Virus record (IMG/VR): IMGVR_UViG_3300032226_000829
DNA: 64,000 nucleotides
Direction: 5' to 3' (one strand)
DNA from: a virus
Lineage: Duplodnaviria; Caudoviricetes
This document shows positions 49,606 through 58,557 of the stretch, one piece after another (positions within the stretch are counted from its first letter, which is position 1; every line of letters starts with the position of its first letter). Both the position numbers and the translations under genes were made by a program. The notes below the pieces were generated by a model. The model was given only the letters and a program-made list of their open reading frames with translations, was not told the DNA's origin and made no database searches.

Positions 49606-50327
49606 TTATAAAAACAATTACAAGTTTTAATCAAACTTATTATGATAACATCGGAAAAGATTGTGTAGATTCTTGGTTGAAATATTGGCCTGAAGAGTAT
49701 AGTCTTACTTGCTATGTGGAAGGATTTTCTATGCCCAACCACAAGAGAATTAAACAAATACCATTTGATAATTTACCTAAAGAATATTTTAAATTTCAAA
49801 ATTCTAATCATAATAATGACAGAGAAAAAACATTTGCCAAAAAGGCTTATTCCATTATACATGCTTTTGAAAATCTAAATGCTGACCGTATTATTTGGAT
49901 TGACGCTGACACAATTACCATTCAACCCATAGACATAAGTTTATTATTAACATGTTGTCCTGATGATACACTGGCAACTTTTATGGGAGTTTGGCATCAT
50001 AAAGACAAGAACGATCCCAACAGTGAATTAAAATTTAGTGTGGAATCGGGATTTTTTATAGTCAACAAATCACATGAACAATTTTCTAAATTTTCTCTAA
50101 GATATAGAGAATATTATGATAAAAAAATATCACAAAATTTAAGAAGATTTTACGATGGAGAAGTTTTAGGCGCAGTAATTAAAGAATTTGAAGAAACAAC
50201 TAAATTGAACGACTTATGTTGTCTATTAGATAAGAAATACAAATCACCTTTGCCTCATACTCCTATTGGTAAATACATCAAACATTATAAGTCAAAAAAA
50301 TCAAAAAACGGATACTTAGGAAAATAA
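49602..50327 (+). CDS. GT-A fold glycosyltransferase-like protein
   Basis: IWIDADT DxD motif; paralog of 54912..55727 (T.FNQ..YD..G......WP); AT-rich. Confidence 0.6.
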   Translation: MIIKTITSFNQTYYDNIGKDCVDSWLKYWPEEYSLTCYVEGFSMPNHKRIKQIPFDNLPKEYFKFQNSNHNNDREKTFAKKAYSIIHAFENLNADRIIWIDADTITIQPIDISLLLTCCPDDTLATFMGVWHHKDKNDPNSELKFSVESGFFIVNKSHEQFSKFSLRYREYYDKKISQNLRRFYDGEVLGAVIKEFEETTKLNDLCCLLDKKYKSPLPHTPIGKYIKHYKSKKSKNGYLGK

Positions 50328-50328
50328 T

Positions 50329-51018
50329 ATGTACTTCAAAAACAACTGGTGGTATGTTGATGAACAGCATAGCAAAGATCGTATTTTAAATGAAAACTAT
50401 GTTTATGGAGATACAGTAATAAATTTAGGAATGACTGAAATAATAGAATCATGGTACGAAAAAAATCTAAAGAAAAAAAATCATGTTATTGATGTTGGAG
50501 CAAATATTGGTTTAATGACAGCTTATTTTTCAACTCGTTGGAGTAAGGTCACTGCATTTGAACCTAGTCCTAAATCTTTTTCATGTTTAGAAAAAAACTG
50601 CAATAAAGAGAATGTTAATCTATATAATCTAGGACTTAGTGATAAAGAAGATAAAGTTCTATTTGCACAATGTTCAAATTCCGAAATAGACCAAATAATA
50701 TCAACTAATGCTGTATTAAAAAAAAACTGGAAACCCACGGAAATTCCTGTGACTTATTTAGACAAATTTAATTTTGATTCTGTAGATTTACTAAAGATAG
50801 ATGTTGAAGGTCACGAACTTCAAGTTGTAAAAGGAGCTGAACAAACAATTAAAAACTGTAAACCTTTAATTATTTTAGAAATAAGTTTTGAAAATAAAAT
50901 TTTAGATAAACAAATTAGTAAAGGACACGCTGCTGCTTTAGATTTGGCTTTAACATATGGATATAAAAAAATATGGTATTCAAAACATGATTACATACTG
51001 GAACCAATAAATGACTAA
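50329..51018 (+). CDS. FkbM-family SAM methyltransferase
   Basis: VIDVGANIG, AFEP, LLKIDVEG.EL.V.KGA. Confidence 0.88.
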   Translation: MYFKNNWWYVDEQHSKDRILNENYVYGDTVINLGMTEIIESWYEKNLKKKNHVIDVGANIGLMTAYFSTRWSKVTAFEPSPKSFSCLEKNCNKENVNLYNLGLSDKEDKVLFAQCSNSEIDQIISTNAVLKKNWKPTEIPVTYLDKFNFDSVDLLKIDVEGHELQVVKGAEQTIKNCKPLIILEISFENKILDKQISKGHAAALDLALTYGYKKIWYSKHDYILEPIND

Positions 51019-51868
51019 AATTATTGATGCATTTACTTTTTTAAATGAAATAGATCTAGTAAAAGCTAGATTAGAATATTATAATGATATTGTAACAGAT
51101 TTTGTAATAATTGAAAGTAATCAAACTTGGCGTCATCAAAAAAATCAACCTTTTTTTTCTAAGATATTAGATTCTTTACCTAATGAAATAAAAAATAAAG
51201 TTCATTATGCTGTATGCACCTGGCCGGATATTTGGCTGGAAGATGCTCAAGGCGTTCAAGAAAAATGGGTTGAAAATGGCACTAGAGAGCAAGCTCTTAT
51301 CGAAATAAAAAAATTTGCTAGTGTAGATGATTGGGTAATTATGAATGATTTAGATGAATTTTGGGATAAAAAAAAATTTAAATTAGCTACTGAAGAATAT
51401 AATCAACATGGCCAAGTGGTGTGGGTTCATTCAAATAGACAATGTTTTGTTGATTGGTATACTCCAGCTATGCCTGAATGGCCAGGATCTAAAATGGCTA
51501 AATTGAAAGATATTAATACTATGGCCGATTTTTATTGTAGTAAAAATAAAGCATTAAGAGTAAAAACCCCTGGACAAAAAACAAAGTTTTATCCTGTGCA
51601 TGGTGGATGGCATTTTACAAAAATGGGAGATTTGGTAACCAAAGCCAAATCCATTGGCAGTATCAGAGAATGGAGAACTTGGGGCACCAAGATAGGAAAG
51701 ACCCCGGAAGAAGTGGCGCATGCGATTTTCAACGGTCAAGGATGGAACACAGTAGTAAAAAAAGGAAAACAAAAAACAGCTTATTGTGGAGAAAATGGTA
51801 TATCAGCAGAACTTTCTAAAATTTTAAAAAAAACAGAAATATTCTGGAGTAACGGTTTAAAACCTTAG
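51011..51868 (+). CDS. GT17-like glycosyltransferase
   Basis: IIDAFTFLNEIDL...RL....D.V..FVIIES..T, Q R, ..NDLDE, GGWHF. Confidence 0.65.
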   Translation: MTKIIDAFTFLNEIDLVKARLEYYNDIVTDFVIIESNQTWRHQKNQPFFSKILDSLPNEIKNKVHYAVCTWPDIWLEDAQGVQEKWVENGTREQALIEIKKFASVDDWVIMNDLDEFWDKKKFKLATEEYNQHGQVVWVHSNRQCFVDWYTPAMPEWPGSKMAKLKDINTMADFYCSKNKALRVKTPGQKTKFYPVHGGWHFTKMGDLVTKAKSIGSIREWRTWGTKIGKTPEEVAHAIFNGQGWNTVVKKGKQKTAYCGENGISAELSKILKKTEIFWSNGLKP

Positions 51869-51883
51869 ATACTTAATAACTTT

Positions 51884-52567
51884 ATGATAAAAAAATTTAA
51901 ACTACCAACAAATAAAATAATTAATCCAGAACACGACTATTTTACAGGCAAAGCTAGTACTCGATGGAAAAATAAAGGTAGACTTGTAGCAATAGAAGCA
52001 TGTAATCAAAAATATTCAGTGATTGATATCGGAGCACACGTGGGAATCACTACCACACACTGGTTAGAAAATGAATTCCAACATGTGTATGCTTTTGAAA
52101 TTAATCCTTCACATTTTGATTGTTTAGTTGAAAATACTATTGATTATAAATCTAAAATAACTTATTTTAATTATGGTTGTGGTAATGAAAATAAAAAAGT
52201 ATTTGCAGCATACGGAAGTCATAAGAATTCAGGAAGTTTTCAAATAATTGATGATTCAAACATAAAAAATATTTCTAAAGATTGTATTTTTCAAGTTGAA
52301 ATAAAGCAATTAGATCAACATAAATTTGACAAAGTATCATTGATAAAAATTGACGTGGAAGGTTGGGAATTAGAAGTATTGCAAGGGGCAATTAATACTA
52401 TTAAAGAACATCGCCCAGTGTTAATGATCGAGTATGGACATGGGGTAGAACGTAAATCATTGCATAGGTACGATGATAAAATTTTTCAAACTATTATTAA
52501 TGATTTAAAATACAAAGAATGTGATACAATGCAAGGAGACTCTATATTCCTTCCAATAGTTCCTTAA
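51884..52567 (+). CDS. FkbM-family SAM methyltransferase
   Basis: VIDIGAHVG, AFE, LIKIDVEGWELEVLQGA, PVLMIE. Confidence 0.88.
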   Translation: MIKKFKLPTNKIINPEHDYFTGKASTRWKNKGRLVAIEACNQKYSVIDIGAHVGITTTHWLENEFQHVYAFEINPSHFDCLVENTIDYKSKITYFNYGCGNENKKVFAAYGSHKNSGSFQIIDDSNIKNISKDCIFQVEIKQLDQHKFDKVSLIKIDVEGWELEVLQGAINTIKEHRPVLMIEYGHGVERKSLHRYDDKIFQTIINDLKYKECDTMQGDSIFLPIVP

Positions 52568-53130
52568 ATAAATTTAAAAATTAATTCAGATCCTGTCCAA
52601 TCACTAAACTTATCCTTAAACCATTCAGGATTACGAACTTCTTTAAAGTAAGTGGGGTCAAGTAACTTAGTTTTCTTTGGTTTGACTTTTCCGTAACTAG
52701 AATAACATTCTCCGATAAAACAAAACTTTGTAGCATGGTTCATTAATATATTTTTCAATACATCGATGTCCTGATCGGGTATAAAACCAATAGCTTGTAT
52801 CATTATTACAGCGTCAAATTTTTGATGTTCATTGGGCGGAGTTTTAAATTTTTCCCAGCAAGGATCAAATTTATAAACCGAATCAATATTGAGGTATTCA
52901 TTAAAAGTTTGAAATACTCCAGGAGAATATTCTAATTTTTCTATGTATTGCTCACCTTTGCCACACCCATAATCTAATAAAGATTTTACATTGTGTTTTT
53001 CAACTAATGTTTTAATATCGTTAACATAAGCCGTTTGACTAAACCCGCTCCAAGTCTTGTTGCTTTTGTGAAATTGAGTTGACTTACCAATTAGATCGTA
53101 GTAGTGCTGGCTAAAATTATTATGGTGCAT
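52564..53130 (-). CDS. Class I SAM methyltransferase
   Basis: SLLDYGCGKG, FDP, FDAVI; AT-rich. Confidence 0.75.
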   Translation of the reverse strand: MHHNNFSQHYYDLIGKSTQFHKSNKTWSGFSQTAYVNDIKTLVEKHNVKSLLDYGCGKGEQYIEKLEYSPGVFQTFNEYLNIDSVYKFDPCWEKFKTPPNEHQKFDAVIMIQAIGFIPDQDIDVLKNILMNHATKFCFIGECYSSYGKVKPKKTKLLDPTYFKEVRNPEWFKDKFSDWTGSELIFKFI

Positions 53131-53133
53131 TGC

Positions 53134-53199
53134 TTATGTTCTTTCAAACAATGATCCATATTTTTTTTCAAAGTTTTTTAACCAAATTTGAATATCCAT
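53134..53199 (-). pseudogene. 21-codon mini-ORF (MDIQIWLKNFEKKYGSLFERT), possible truncated gene remnant or leader peptide
   Basis: ATG exactly 5 nt after a minus-strand TAAATA (53210-05); stop 3 nt before the next ATG. Confidence 0.4.
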
Positions 53200-53225
53200 A
53201 ATACTATTTACCAGTTTACTGAGCA

Positions 53226-53233
53226 TATAAATA
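53226..53233 (+). promoter_or_regulatory. T4 late promoter (full consensus) for the GT/gmd/GT unit
   Basis: TATAAATA, back-to-back with the minus-strand TAAATA at 53205-10. Confidence 0.7.
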
Positions 53234-53251
53234 GTTTTATTTAAAATTCTT

Positions 53252-53929
53252 ATGAAGATATTTGTGGGCTATGATACCAGAGAAGATATCACATATCAGG
53301 TGTGTGAGCATTCAATCAAACAGCATCAACCAAAAGCTGAAGTTCTACCACTCAAAATGAAAGAACTGCGTGAGGCAGGTTTGTACACACGCCCCATCGA
53401 TCCACTCAGCACTACCGAATTTACCTTCAGCAGATTTCTCATTCCCTACATGACCAACTACACCGGTTGGGCAGTGTTCTGTGACTGTGACTTTGTGTGG
53501 ACCGTGGATGCGGCAGAATTGTTTGCTCAAGCAGATGATCGCTATGCAGTGATGGTGGTCAAACACGATTACACTCCTGCACCAGGAGTTAAAATGGACA
53601 ATCAAAAACAAATGCCATATCCTAGAAAGAATTGGAGTTCCATGATACTGTGGAATTGTGCTCATCCTGCCAACAGAGCAGTCACTCCTGAAATGGTCAA
53701 TAAAGAAACAGGACAGTATCTGCACAGATTCAGTTGGTTAAAAGATGAAGAGATTGGCAGTGTGGATCACAGTTGGAATTGGTTGGTGGGTTGGTACAAA
53801 GCACCCAAAGATGGTGAACCCAAAGTGTTGCATTACACAGAAGGTGGACCTTGGTTCAAAGAATACAGGGATTGTGAATATAGTGATGTTTGGAAAAAAT
53901 ATCTAGCCAACATGCTTAAAATAAATTAG
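53252..53929 (+). CDS. GT-A glycosyltransferase, GT8/CDI-like
   Basis: IFVGYD.RE, STTEFTFSRFL.P, A.FCDCDF, YPRKNWSS, WNWLVG.Y, HYTEGGPWF. Confidence 0.78.
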   Translation: MKIFVGYDTREDITYQVCEHSIKQHQPKAEVLPLKMKELREAGLYTRPIDPLSTTEFTFSRFLIPYMTNYTGWAVFCDCDFVWTVDAAELFAQADDRYAVMVVKHDYTPAPGVKMDNQKQMPYPRKNWSSMILWNCAHPANRAVTPEMVNKETGQYLHRFSWLKDEEIGSVDHSWNWLVGWYKAPKDGEPKVLHYTEGGPWFKEYRDCEYSDVWKKYLANMLKIN

Positions 53930-53937
53930 GAATTATT

Positions 53938-54912
53938 ATGAAAAAAATTGCGTTTGTAACTGGAATGACTGGACAGGACGGTCCTTATCTAGCAAAACTA
54001 TTATTGGAAAAAGGATATCACGTGATTGGATTGGTCAAAAGATATTCCAGTCCCAATTTGGAAAATATTAAATTCTTAGGCATTGAAAACGATATTGAAT
54101 TGATCACAGGTGATATCACTGACGATAACAGCATGAACCATTTGATAAAAACGTTACGACCAAATGAGTTTTACAATCTTGCTGCTCAAAGTTTTGTGGG
54201 AGCCAGTTGGGATCTTAACAAGGTCACCACAGAGGTAAATGCTGTGGGAGTGTTAAACATATTAAACGCTATTAAACATCATAACCCCAGCACCAAATTT
54301 TATCAAGCCAGCACCAGTGAAATGTATGGCAATGGCATAGGAACCATCAAACAGGATGAGCACACCCCATTCCATCCTAGATCTCCTTATGGAGTGGCCA
54401 AACTGTATGCACATTGGATCACCATAAATTTTCGTGAGAGTTATAGTTTGCATGCATCCACAGGCATATTATTCAATCACGAATCTCCCATCAGAGGCAA
54501 AGAATTTGTCACAAGAAAAATTACTGACGGAGTAGCAAAAATAAAACTAGGACTGGAGAATAAAATCGTTTTAGGCAATCTAGAATCACAAAGAGACTGG
54601 GGGTTTGCTGGAGATTATGTGGAAGCCATGTGGCAGATGCTGCAACAACCAGAACCAGGAGACTATGTGATAGCCACTGGAGAGCAACACAGCATCAAAG
54701 AATTTCTACAATTGGCATTTGACAGTGTGGGCATCACAGACTGGCAACAATATGTGGAAAGTGATCCCAAATTCAAAAGACCTGCAGAACTATATAGACT
54801 GTGTGGTGATGCCACCAAAGCAGAAAAAATATTGGGCTGGCAACGCAAAACAGATTTTAAAACCTTGGTCAGCATGATGGTGGCAGCTGATATCAAACGA
54901 TTACAAAAATAA
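53938..54912 (+). CDS. gmd: GDP-mannose 4,6-dehydratase
   Basis: TG.TGQDG.YLA, YNLAAQSFV, YQASTSEMYG, PRSPYGVAK, FNHESP.RG.EFVTRKI, RDWG.AGDYV. Confidence 0.95.
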   Translation: MKKIAFVTGMTGQDGPYLAKLLLEKGYHVIGLVKRYSSPNLENIKFLGIENDIELITGDITDDNSMNHLIKTLRPNEFYNLAAQSFVGASWDLNKVTTEVNAVGVLNILNAIKHHNPSTKFYQASTSEMYGNGIGTIKQDEHTPFHPRSPYGVAKLYAHWITINFRESYSLHASTGILFNHESPIRGKEFVTRKITDGVAKIKLGLENKIVLGNLESQRDWGFAGDYVEAMWQMLQQPEPGDYVIATGEQHSIKEFLQLAFDSVGITDWQQYVESDPKFKRPAELYRLCGDATKAEKILGWQRKTDFKTLVSMMVAADIKRLQK

Positions 54913-55727
54913 TGCAAAAAAAAGCAGTGGTTACCACATTCAATCAATCTGGATATGACAAGTATGGCAGTAGAATGATACAATCATTCATTCAAAACTG
55001 GCCCACAGATATCACACTGTATGTGTATGCAGAAGATTGCACAGTGAAAGAATCAGCTGCAAATGTTGTGGTAAGAGATCTACATGCAACCATTCCAGCA
55101 TTGGTAGCATTCAAAGAGCGTTGGAAAAATGATCCAAAAGCTGTGGGTAAATTGGCCACAGGACCTGCGGATCGCAGAGGCAAACAGCCTGGCATTGGAT
55201 TTCGTTGGGACGCTATTAGATTCAGTCATAAAGTTTATGCTGTTTGTCACACAGGTGTTAACTGTGATGCTGATGTGCTATTTTGGATGGATGCTGACAC
55301 TTTTTGTCACAGTCCTATACAACATGATTTTATAGATAGTATGATCAATAGTGGTGACTTGTGTTTTTTAGGCAGACCAAATAAATTCACTGAGTGCGGA
55401 TTATATGCTATGAATTTAAAAAATTCTATCACAAATATTTTTTTAAAAGAATTTCAAAACGCATATGATACAGCTAGAATTTTCACAATGAAAGAATGGA
55501 ATGATTGCTGGGTATTTGATGAAGTAAGAAAGGAAGTTAAAAATAAGTATCCTGGATGGAGTTGGAATGATTGGGCTCAAGGTATTATTAAAGATGAAGG
55601 ACATCCATTAATCAATACAGAATGGGGAGAATATTTGGATCACCTCAAAGGAAATCGAAAAACAGCAGGCAAAAGTTCACAAAGAGATTTAATTGTTAAA
55701 AGAAAAAATACCAAATATTGGTCTTAA
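54912..55727 (+). CDS. GT-A fold glycosyltransferase-like protein
   Basis: FWMDADT DxD motif, ECG, WND..VFD, HLKG; TAATG-coupled to gmd. Confidence 0.62.
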   Translation: MQKKAVVTTFNQSGYDKYGSRMIQSFIQNWPTDITLYVYAEDCTVKESAANVVVRDLHATIPALVAFKERWKNDPKAVGKLATGPADRRGKQPGIGFRWDAIRFSHKVYAVCHTGVNCDADVLFWMDADTFCHSPIQHDFIDSMINSGDLCFLGRPNKFTECGLYAMNLKNSITNIFLKEFQNAYDTARIFTMKEWNDCWVFDEVRKEVKNKYPGWSWNDWAQGIIKDEGHPLINTEWGEYLDHLKGNRKTAGKSSQRDLIVKRKNTKYWS

Positions 55728-55754
55728 ATTTATTGTGCCAATATGCTTCTAATG

Positions 55755-56321
55755 TCATTTTCTTCTAAAAACCATACCATTTCTAGAAATATGTTTGCCA
55801 CCATCTTTCTTTGCCAAATCTTGAACAATATTTGTATCGTCAATTAACAATTCATATCCTCTTCTGGCAAGATGATCAATCCAATATTCGCTTGGTTGAC
55901 AATTAACGTGGTGCCATCCTTTTTGTCCAGGCACTGCATGAGTCATTAGTATGTACTTTCCTTGACACATTGTAGTTAACAAGTTATCGATGTATTTTTC
56001 TTCAATGTGTTCTACAACTTCAATGCAGTTTACAAAATCAACAGGCTTTTCGTAATAACCTTCTGTTAGATCTAGTAAAATTGTAGGATGTACTGCGGTG
56101 TCTACATTTTCTTTGAGACCTTCAATAGCTGTAGTATCGATACCTTGTTCTTGAAGCCATTTTGCAGCCCATCCTCGTCCCGATCCAACATCAGTGGCAG
56201 TTTTAATTTGATACTTGTCTATTAAAAACTTCCAGGCACTTGGGCACCAAGTTGCAGGGTCGCCGTTTGGAAAATTTCCACCTAGGTGCGGTTTGTTTTC
56301 GTCTATTGCGTATTTTGACAT
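55755..56321 (-). CDS. Class I SAM methyltransferase
   Basis: TDVGSGRG, C.EVVEHI, GWHHVNCQP..YW. Confidence 0.78.
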   Translation of the reverse strand: MSKYAIDENKPHLGGNFPNGDPATWCPSAWKFLIDKYQIKTATDVGSGRGWAAKWLQEQGIDTTAIEGLKENVDTAVHPTILLDLTEGYYEKPVDFVNCIEVVEHIEEKYIDNLLTTMCQGKYILMTHAVPGQKGWHHVNCQPSEYWIDHLARRGYELLIDDTNIVQDLAKKDGGKHISRNGMVFRRK

Positions 56322-56324
56322 TTT

Positions 56325-56996
56325 TTATCCTTTTCTATAGTTGTCAGCTAATGCTGCAAATTTTTTTTTAAATTTTCTATCGCCCTTGCCAGTCCAAACA
56401 AACGACGAAGATTGAGAAGTAAAATCACTGTATCTCAAATCCATTTCGTTAATTTGTTTATTTTTTAACATATCATCTAGCACATGTTGATCTAAGTACC
56501 ATTTTAAGTTGTCTATACGTTCTAACAATTTTTCTCTAAGTATATATCTAACTGTGTCAGGACCAAATCCAACAGCACTGCCAAGACTGGCTTTGTTTTC
56601 ACCGCGCACAGTTACCCAGCTTTTACTTAGATCGTTATCAAATTGTTTTTCTGTTAAATCGTTTTTAAAAAGACTATCGGAATCTATAGCAATCAATGAA
56701 ATTGAATCATCAAACAATTCAGTAATTCTTATAAATCGAGTGTTGACCCAAAAGGCACGTTTAGTTTCAATGTTAGTAGAATACTTGGCTGGGGTTTTTT
56801 CTACAGTAATAGAAACATTATTTTGTAAGCACCAAGTTTTATCTTCTTCAGTTCCATCAAAAATATGAACGTGAATATGTGCCCAAGGGCAATGAATCTT
56901 AACACTCTTTATAAACAATTTAGTCCAGGTATTAAAATATACAGTGTCGCTAGGACAATAAAACCCCTTCTTAGATATTTTTTTAAAGTTACTCAT
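56325..56996 (-). CDS. Putative nucleotide-sugar transferase (GT-A-like)
   Basis: IAIDSDS DxD motif, W..DQ..L, WTGKG.RK. Confidence 0.5.
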   Translation of the reverse strand: MSNFKKISKKGFYCPSDTVYFNTWTKLFIKSVKIHCPWAHIHVHIFDGTEEDKTWCLQNNVSITVEKTPAKYSTNIETKRAFWVNTRFIRITELFDDSISLIAIDSDSLFKNDLTEKQFDNDLSKSWVTVRGENKASLGSAVGFGPDTVRYILREKLLERIDNLKWYLDQHVLDDMLKNKQINEMDLRYSDFTSQSSSFVWTGKGDRKFKKKFAALADNYRKG

Positions 56997-57001
56997 AACA
57001 A

Positions 57002-57061
57002 TTACTTAGAATGTCCAGCAGTTTCTCTTTTAATGTCTTCTTTTGAAATTAGATTTTTCAT
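57002..57061 (-). pseudogene. 19-codon mini-ORF (MKNLISKEDIKRETAGHSK), possible gene remnant
   Basis: ATG 57061 to TAA 57002 fills the gap between two genes; TAAATA at 57076-71 upstream. Confidence 0.35.
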
Positions 57062-57073
57062 ATTTTAATTTAT

Positions 57074-57712
57074 TTAATGAGCCACAAGTACAACATTACG
57101 ATGCAAAGGATCCCACGCTCCTATTTTATATTGAAACTTTTCAATACAAAACTTTAATGCTGCTGTTTCACCAAATTCTTGTTCTAAAACTAAGACGGGT
57201 TTATATTTTTCTATAGTTTTTATTGCGCCTTGTAAAACATTTAATTCGTATCCGTCTACATCAATTTTAATATAATCAATATTTTCAAAATTAAATTCAT
57301 CTATTGTGTATAGCTGTTCATCATACCATTCTTCCAGCGGTACTTTTCCAGCGGTTATACTTCCAGCACCGCTTACCTTTATAATTTTATGCTCTTCACC
57401 TAGAGCACATTTGAAATGTGTAATTTTAGATAGGTCAACATTTTTATGAAATAATTTTCTTCTTCGATAATCAAAACAATAAACATGTTCAAAATCTTTG
57501 TGAATATATCTTGTATATTCGCCGTCTCTACACCCAACGTCAATGGCATTTCTTTTTGACATAATAAATGGTAAACTTACCATCCAAGTTTGTTTACAAT
57601 GATGATCGGGAAATTCTTCTGTTCCATCTGGACTGTAAAAAAAGTCTTTTTCATACCAATTCCAGTCAAAAGGATTAGAATCAAATACTGTTGGGTTTAA
57701 AGGCCATATCAT
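57074..57712 (-). CDS. FkbM-family SAM methyltransferase
   Basis: AIDVGCRDG, YIKIDVDGYELNVLQGA, PVLVLE. Confidence 0.8.
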   Translation of the reverse strand: MIWPLNPTVFDSNPFDWNWYEKDFFYSPDGTEEFPDHHCKQTWMVSLPFIMSKRNAIDVGCRDGEYTRYIHKDFEHVYCFDYRRRKLFHKNVDLSKITHFKCALGEEHKIIKVSGAGSITAGKVPLEEWYDEQLYTIDEFNFENIDYIKIDVDGYELNVLQGAIKTIEKYKPVLVLEQEFGETAALKFCIEKFQYKIGAWDPLHRNVVLVAH

Positions 57713-58209
57713 AAACTTTTAATCCACACGTAGTTAGGGCCCACATCATATTGTTTGATCATTTCATTCACTGCTTGATTCACTCCTGGGTAATCAATAT
57801 CGTGACCTGTTAACAATCCATTCTCTTTGAGTTTGGGTGTGTATTTGATTATGTCTTTTTTAACATAATCATAACTGTGATTGGCATCTATAAAAACTAA
57901 ATCCAAACTATTGTCAGCTATCTGATCAGCTGCCAGTTCACTTGTAGCTTCTATCGGTATTAATCTATTTTTGTATCTGTTGGCTACTTCTTTGTTGTAA
58001 AATTCTTTAATACTCATATCTATGGCATATATGGTCAGCTCAGGACAATGCTCCAATAAATGAAAAGTGGTTCTGCCATCTCTAACTCCCACTTCAGCCA
58101 TTGTTTTAAAATTATTTTTTTCGATCAAATGTCTTAGGAAATGCTTTCTATTGGTCTTGCCTTCCCATTGAATGGTCATTGGAATGTTTAATCTATCAGA
58201 TCTTTTCAT
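57709..58209 (-). CDS. SAM methyltransferase (Methyltransf_24-like)
   Basis: AEVGVRDG, LDLVFIDANHSY..VK.D, GHD. Confidence 0.8.
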   Translation of the reverse strand: MKRSDRLNIPMTIQWEGKTNRKHFLRHLIEKNNFKTMAEVGVRDGRTTFHLLEHCPELTIYAIDMSIKEFYNKEVANRYKNRLIPIEATSELAADQIADNSLDLVFIDANHSYDYVKKDIIKYTPKLKENGLLTGHDIDYPGVNQAVNEMIKQYDVGPNYVWIKSL

Positions 58210-58212
58210 AAA

Positions 58213-58557
58213 TTATTTTTTATGCCCAACGGTTTCTCTTTCAATGTCTTCATGATTGAATTCGGCCCAATACAATTCAAAGGCCACTGTGTCTTCCACT
58301 GCCTCGAACTGATGATATTCACCGGGAGCTACTTTGGTATACTGACCCGCTGTCAATACCGTTTCGTCTATGAGATCATAATTGTTCTTCCACACTCGGA
58401 TAATCATCTTGCCGGACTCCACAAAGAATCCGTTCCACTTGTATTTGTGAGTGTGTTTGGAACACGTGCCTCCGGCTTTTGCCTCAATGCGATGAAATTC
58501 CAGTACTCCATTGGCCTCCAACAATTCTGTTTTGCCCCATACTTTACCTGCTATCAT
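58213..58557 (-). CDS. Cupin-fold protein
   Basis: KVWG.TE, CS.H.HKYKWNGFFVESG, PGEYHQFEA. Confidence 0.75.
   Translation of the reverse strand: MIAGKVWGKTELLEANGVLEFHRIEAKAGGTCSKHTHKYKWNGFFVESGKMIIRVWKNNYDLIDETVLTAGQYTKVAPGEYHQFEAVEDTVAFELYWAEFNHEDIERETVGHKK

Noticed and set aside
55728-57035. Possible target duplication GACATTA(A/G)AAG around the two genes 55755-56996
   Set aside because: Only 10/11 identity in AT-rich DNA; not distinguishable from chance without comparative data.
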